Positions 32,016-35,979 of a stretch of DNA of 35,979 bases are shown one piece after another (positions within the stretch are counted from its first letter, which is position 1; each line of letters opens with the position of its first letter). The DNA comes from Deltaproteobacteria bacterium. GTDB taxonomy: Bacteria; Myxococcota_A; Polyangia; JACRCY01. The notes below the pieces were generated by a model, which was not told where the DNA came from, made no database searches, and was given only the letters and a program-made list of their open reading frames with translations. The stretch lies in NCBI GenBank assembly GCA_016218785.1, contig JACRCY010000056.1:1-35979 (forward strand), in the 5' to 3' direction. The position numbers and the translations under genes were made by a program.

Positions 32016-32899
32016 GGGCGACCCACCGGGCCAGGGCGGAGGAACGAACGGTCGACGTCCGTGTCGAGGTCGTAGACGAGCCGGGCGACGTCCGGCCGGG
32101 CCAGCGGCGGTCCGCCGACACCGCGCGCCGCGAAGAAGGTGTTCTCCCGGAGGAGGAGCGGAGCGCGGCACGCGGGGTGGTGGAGCCTCACGGCGCGGCC
32201 GCGACAGGGGGCCCGACAGGGCCGGTCGGGGCGGAACTTCTCCTCCACCGGGCGGCCCAGCCCGCTCAACAGGCACAGGCTCCCGCTGGCCACGAACGCG
32301 AAGGGAAGATGCAGCGCCAGGGCGATGGGGGACGCATCGTCGGGCAGGCAGTCGGCTTCGACCAGATCGACTCCCCAGCGGGCGAGCAGGTCCAAGGTCT
32401 CCGGGGACATGGCGCCCGACATCGCGAGCTCCCCGACCCGGGGGTCCTTCTTCTGCCGACGGAGGCATCGCCCCAGGATCGGTCTCAGGCCCGGAAACCG
32501 TCGGTGCACCAGCCGCAGCGTGCCCCAGTCGTTGGCCACCACCTCGGCGCCCTGCACGCCCGAGAGCGCGCGCAGCACGATCGCGAGGCGAGCGAGGGCC
32601 TCTTCCGTCACCGGCGGGGTCCGCAGCGTGACGGGGACGCGGCGCCGCCGGGCCAGGGCCAGGACGGCGGTCCACTGCGCCCGGCTCGGGATCAGGTGCC
32701 GACAGAACTCGGCCCCCGCATAGAGCCTCCTGAACAGCACCGACTCGCCGCTGGCGAGGGTCGTCGACCAGCCGCCGTCCACCGGCCGCAGGGAGCCCGC
32801 GGCCTCGGCGGCCCTGATCTCCCGGACCCCCGCGCCCACCGCCCACTCCGGTCCCGGAGTGGCGGCCGTGCCGGCGACCGGCTGCGAGACGGCGGCCAT
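32012..32899 (-). CDS. U32-related protein, UbiV-like
   Basis: RLYAGAEFCRH (compare UbiV 'vYlGe.vC'), EVVANDWGTLRL and LHLPFAFVASGSLCLL-x-PCRAPC (C-x18-C-x3-C). This resembles the four-Cys Fe-S pattern of E. coli UbiV. ATG 32899 lies 8 nt after the upstream stop. The Ser/Thr/Ala-rich head of the track ORF was rejected. Confidence 0.55.
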   Translation of the reverse strand: MAAVSQPVAGTAATPGPEWAVGAGVREIRAAEAAGSLRPVDGGWSTTLASGESVLFRRLYAGAEFCRHLIPSRAQWTAVLALARRRRVPVTLRTPPVTEEALARLAIVLRALSGVQGAEVVANDWGTLRLVHRRFPGLRPILGRCLRRQKKDPRVGELAMSGAMSPETLDLLARWGVDLVEADCLPDDASPIALALHLPFAFVASGSLCLLSGLGRPVEEKFRPDRPCRAPCRGRAVRLHHPACRAPLLLRENTFFAARGVGGPPLARPDVARLVYDLDTDVDRSFLRPGPVGRP

Positions 32900-32906
32900 G
32901 CGCGGC

Positions 32907-33932
32907 TCAGCGCTCGCCCGGCGACGGGCGCGTGACCGGGTGGAACTCGCCCCAGCCGAACTGGTCGACGTAGTTGCGGTAGACGCCGACGCAGATGTCG
33001 TCATGGCAGCACTCGCCGCAGCGCGGGCCCTTGGCGAGCATGGGGCTCTGCACCGACGCCAGCTCCGCCGCGCCCAGGTCGACGCAGTACTCCACGAGGT
33101 TGGCCTCCCAGGCGTAGGCCTCGTACCCCGGCGTCTGGCAGGGCGGCAGCTCCTTGTGGATGATCGGCAGCCCGCGCTCGAGGCCGAGCCTGACGGCCGC
33201 GACGATGGCCGCGGCGGCCGCGCCGATGGGCTCCACCAGCAGGTCGCGGTTCTCGTAGGCGAACGTGATCGGCTTGAGGTGGGTGAAGATGGCTGGGATC
33301 GGCGCGCCGCGTCGTGCGCCGAGCGCCGCCAGTCTGTCGAGGTAGGCGGGCAGGTGCCTCCGGTTGACGCGGGTGACGACGGCGAGGAAGAACAGGAACA
33401 GGTCGCGGTGCGGCAGCAGGTGCTCGACCGCCTGGTCGAGCAGCACGTCGGCCTGGTCGTTGGCGCTCAGCGTGCGCTGGGTCGCCGCGTCGAAATCGTC
33501 GAACGAGAGCTCGAGGCCCGTCAGGCCCGCGTCGAGCAGGCGGCGCAGGTACCGCTCGTACGAGAGCATCAGGCCGTTGGTGGCGATGAAGACGTCGGGG
33601 ATGCCCCGGGCGCGCGCGTGCCCGATCAGCGCGGGGAGGTCGCGCCAGATGGTGGGCTCACCGCCCACGAACATCAGCCGACGGATGCCGAGCTCGGCCA
33701 TCCGGTCGACCCGGGCGCGGGCGTCCTCCGGGGTCAGGCTCGTGACCGGCTCGCGCGGGGTGTCGCAGTAGATGCAGCGCTGGTTGCAGATGTTGCCGAC
33801 GAAGATCGACGACATGCCGCCGACGCGCTCGAAGAACCTGGTCACGTGGGCGGCGGGCTCCGCGAAGGGGAACGGTCGGCGCAGCCTGCTGGTGCTGATC
33901 CGTTGATCGAGAACCAGGCGCTGCGGCTTCAC
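32907..33932 (-). CDS. radical SAM protein (short, CxxCx5C tail)
   Basis: FVGNICNQRCIYCDT, FVGGEPTIW and C-terminal CGECCHDDICVGVYRNYVDQFGWGEFHPVT. Closest paralog of the gene at 4914..5873. Confidence 0.85.
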   Translation of the reverse strand: MKPQRLVLDQRISTSRLRRPFPFAEPAAHVTRFFERVGGMSSIFVGNICNQRCIYCDTPREPVTSLTPEDARARVDRMAELGIRRLMFVGGEPTIWRDLPALIGHARARGIPDVFIATNGLMLSYERYLRRLLDAGLTGLELSFDDFDAATQRTLSANDQADVLLDQAVEHLLPHRDLFLFFLAVVTRVNRRHLPAYLDRLAALGARRGAPIPAIFTHLKPITFAYENRDLLVEPIGAAAAAIVAAVRLGLERGLPIIHKELPPCQTPGYEAYAWEANLVEYCVDLGAAELASVQSPMLAKGPRCGECCHDDICVGVYRNYVDQFGWGEFHPVTRPSPGER

Positions 33933-34036
33933 GCGTCCACCTGGAGCGGAGCAGTCTTCATCGGCCGTCTCCCCGTGCGCCGTGCTGTCAGCGTAGCACT
34001 CCTTGGCCCGCCGACCCAGGGCTCCGCTGATGTGAC

Positions 34037-34052
34037 TGGTCCCTGCACTGCT
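34037..34052 (+). promoter_or_regulatory. sigma54-type (-24/-12) promoter candidate
   Basis: TGGTCCCTGCACTGCT: GG at 34038-34039 and GC at 34050-34051, with the canonical spacing of TGGCAC-N5-TTGC. About 40 nt upstream of ATG 34091. Only the core dinucleotides and the flanking T match. Confidence 0.25.
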
Positions 34053-34090
34053 TGCCTGACGGGGACCTTTCTGCCAAGGTGAGTGGGACG

Positions 34091-35979
34091 ATGGTCCCGC
34101 GGAGATCGCAGCGGAGGGCGGGGCGGCTGCGGCAGGCGGCGACGAAGCGCCTGATGCTCATCGAGTTCTTCCCGGGCGCTCTGCGCCGGAACGAGAAGGG
34201 CATGCTCTTCCCGTTCCTCAAGGGCCTGGCCCAGGAGTGCGGGCACGAGGCGCTCCGGGTCTGCTTCGGGGGGACGCTGGCGCCGGCGGCCGAGGGCTAC
34301 GGCGGACGGATGCTGCGCGCCCGGCTGGCCGACGAGGACCTCCGGACGCTGGCCCGGCACCTGGACTCGTTCTGCCCCACCCACGTGGTGACCAGCGACC
34401 TGCTCGGCGCGCCCGTCAGCGCGCTCCTGGACGCCCGCACGCCGCCGCCCGAGCAGCTGGTGATGCCGACGGTGAGCGATCTGATCTTCGGATCCCCCGA
34501 GGCGACCGGCATGGCGCGGCCGCACGCGCTCATCTCCGCCGATCCCGACCGGCGCGACTACCTCGGCCGCGGTGCGTGGTTCCTCGACTGGCTGGGGGTG
34601 AAGGACCCCGTCCTCGCCCGACGTCACCTCGTCCCGCACGTCGCCCCCGACTACGCCGCGGTGATGGCCAACGCCGCGGCCCTGACGTCGGAGTCGCCCG
34701 TCAGCATCGTCAGCGGGGGGCTCTGCGGCAACCGGCGCGGCCTGGTGAAGAACCGCTGCTTCGCGGGCGTGGACCTGGGCCGGTTCCGGAGCCACCGTGG
34801 CTGCTCGTTCTGCATGAGCGCCACGATGCCACCCTACACGCCCTGGAGAGTCGACCCCCTGGCGCTGTGGGAGCGCCAGTTCCGCCGGATCCTCGAGACC
34901 GCCAGCCCGGGCGGGGAGACCCGGGGCATCTACGAGTTCTTCGACTACCGCGCCTTTCGGCGGATCGACGAGGTCGCGGCGCTCGTCCTCCGTCTCGGGC
35001 TGCCGCCGTCGGTGCTCATGTTCAATCCCCGGATCGACGAGGTGCTGCACGCGCGCGAGCGGCTGGAGCGGGTGCTGCCGGCGCTGGCCGGGGCGGGCCA
35101 CGAGGTCCGCATCCTCAGCATGGGGGTCGAGAACTTCTCGGAGACGGAGAACACGCGCCTCAACAAGGGGATCACGCTGGACCAGGTGGACGAGTTCCTG
35201 GCCCTGGCGCGGCGGTGGGAGGTCGAGTACCCGGGCGTCTTCATGCCCTTCAAGGCGGGCCGCGACGAGATCGAGCTGGGCTTCATCCTGTTCACGCCCT
35301 GGACCACGCCGGCGGACCTCCGGTTCAACCTGGAGTGCGCCGCGGCACGCCGCTTCTCCCCCACGGGCTACTGGCTGTACTCGACGCTCGACATCCAGGA
35401 GATGGAGCCCATGTACCGCCTGGCGCAGCAGGCCGGTGACCTCCTGGTCGAGCGCTTCCCCGATCGGGGGCAGTTCTACGGTGTCTTCCTCAACGAGACC
35501 GAGGTCGGCCACCTGATCCCTTGGCGATTCCGGGACCCGAAGGTCGCCGACTACTTCGCCATGGTCGTCCGCGTCTGCGCCGCCGAGCGCGAGGGCGAGG
35601 ACTGCGCCTTCTTCCGGGACGACCCCGAGTTCCCGCTGATCGAGAGACCGTACCGCGAGGCGAAGCGGCGGGCGAGGACCACGCCGCTCGAGGTCGCGCG
35701 CGCCCTGCTCGACGTCATGGAGGCGGCGCGGCCACCCTGCTCCCGGATGGCGCTGCTGCAGGAGGTGATCGCCCGCATCGCGGACGCGCCGCGGCCGGCG
35801 CCGGAGGCCCGCGCCGCCGCGCCGGCGCGCTCCCTCTCCCCGATCGCCGGGACCGTCGCGCGGGTGGTCGAACGGCTCGTCCGGGACGGCCCCGTGACCG
35901 TCCCGGGGGTGAAGCTCCGGGGGATCGAGGAGCTCGGTCCGCCGGACGAGCGGCGGATACGGCTGGCCCGGTCGCTCGC
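34091..35979 (+). CDS. radical-SAM-like protein with a non-canonical Cys motif (paralog of 15789..17489), 3'-truncated by window edge
   Basis: Not in the ORF track because the frame runs off the window. I translated it by hand: MVPRRSQRR..LMLIEFFPG..GGLCGNRRGLVKNRCFAGVDLGRFRSHRGCSFC..ILSMGVENFSETENTRLNKG..LGFILFTPWTTPADLRFNL.. The last ~45 aa (35843-35979) look like the start of another shared-domain copy. Confidence 0.6.
   Translation, partial: MVPRRSQRRAGRLRQAATKRLMLIEFFPGALRRNEKGMLFPFLKGLAQECGHEALRVCFGGTLAPAAEGYGGRMLRARLADEDLRTLARHLDSFCPTHVVTSDLLGAPVSALLDARTPPPEQLVMPTVSDLIFGSPEATGMARPHALISADPDRRDYLGRGAWFLDWLGVKDPVLARRHLVPHVAPDYAAVMANAAALTSESPVSIVSGGLCGNRRGLVKNRCFAGVDLGRFRSHRGCSFCMSATMPPYTPWRVDPLALWERQFRRILETASPGGETRGIYEFFDYRAFRRIDEVAALVLRLGLPPSVLMFNPRIDEVLHARERLERVLPALAGAGHEVRILSMGVENFSETENTRLNKGITLDQVDEFLALARRWEVEYPGVFMPFKAGRDEIELGFILFTPWTTPADLRFNLECAAARRFSPTGYWLYSTLDIQEMEPMYRLAQQAGDLLVERFPDRGQFYGVFLNETEVGHLIPWRFRDPKVADYFAMVVRVCAAEREGEDCAFFRDDPEFPLIERPYREAKRRARTTPLEVARALLDVMEAARPPCSRMALLQEVIARIADAPRPAPEARAAAPARSLSPIAGTVARVVERLVRDGPVTVPGVKLRGIEELGPPDERRIRLARSL

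Noticed and set aside
1-35979. Mobile elements, integrases, CRISPR arrays, tRNA/rRNA genes and toxin-antitoxin or defence modules
   Set aside because: No transposase or integrase motifs, terminal inverted repeats, regularly spaced repeats, or tRNA-like or rRNA-like low-GC structured segments were seen on either strand. The island boundaries cannot be defined by such markers within this window.

Overview
Very GC-rich bacterial DNA with strong G/C third-position bias. Composition and gene content suggest an anaerobe-capable Myxococcota/deltaproteobacterial-type genome, but that is inference only. High GC generates many long Arg/Ala/Pro/Gly-rich off-frame ORFs. After discarding those I call 28 protein genes (two truncated by the window edges) and see no rRNA, tRNA, CRISPR or IS element. 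Positions 1-2753 look like ordinary envelope genes: a truncated hypothetical, a CxxC-less DsbA-like membrane protein and a lipoprotein. From about 2.8 kb to the right edge lies one dense accessory island built almost entirely of oxygen-sensitive Fe-S enzymes. It holds ten canonical radical-SAM (rSAM) proteins: one HxsB-like SPASM type, one HemN-like, one B12-binding class B, two tandem methylthiotransferase-like, and five short twitch/SPASM-like. It also holds two paralogous rSAM-like proteins with a non-canonical C-x25-C-x2-C motif, a nitrogenase-like NifH/NifD/NifK-type triad, and three U32-family proteins including a UbiU/UbiV-like coupled pair. Tailoring genes are present too: an ArnD/NodB-type deacetylase, an ArnC/GtrB-type GT2, a NodU/CmcH carbamoyltransferase, a GATase-II::WbpG-like amidotransferase fusion and a secreted alpha/beta-hydrolase lipoprotein. 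The most striking signal is a roughly 85-aa accessory domain (helix, beta-hairpin, 'h-x-h-S-Y-x-G...LTP', helix) that recurs on seven enzymes of five unrelated superfamilies. This suggests they all dock to one common substrate, carrier or scaffold. I could not identify a precursor peptide, carrier or product, and I do not recognise the island as any characterised pathway. All functional calls rest on motifs read by eye and need HMM or structure confirmation.
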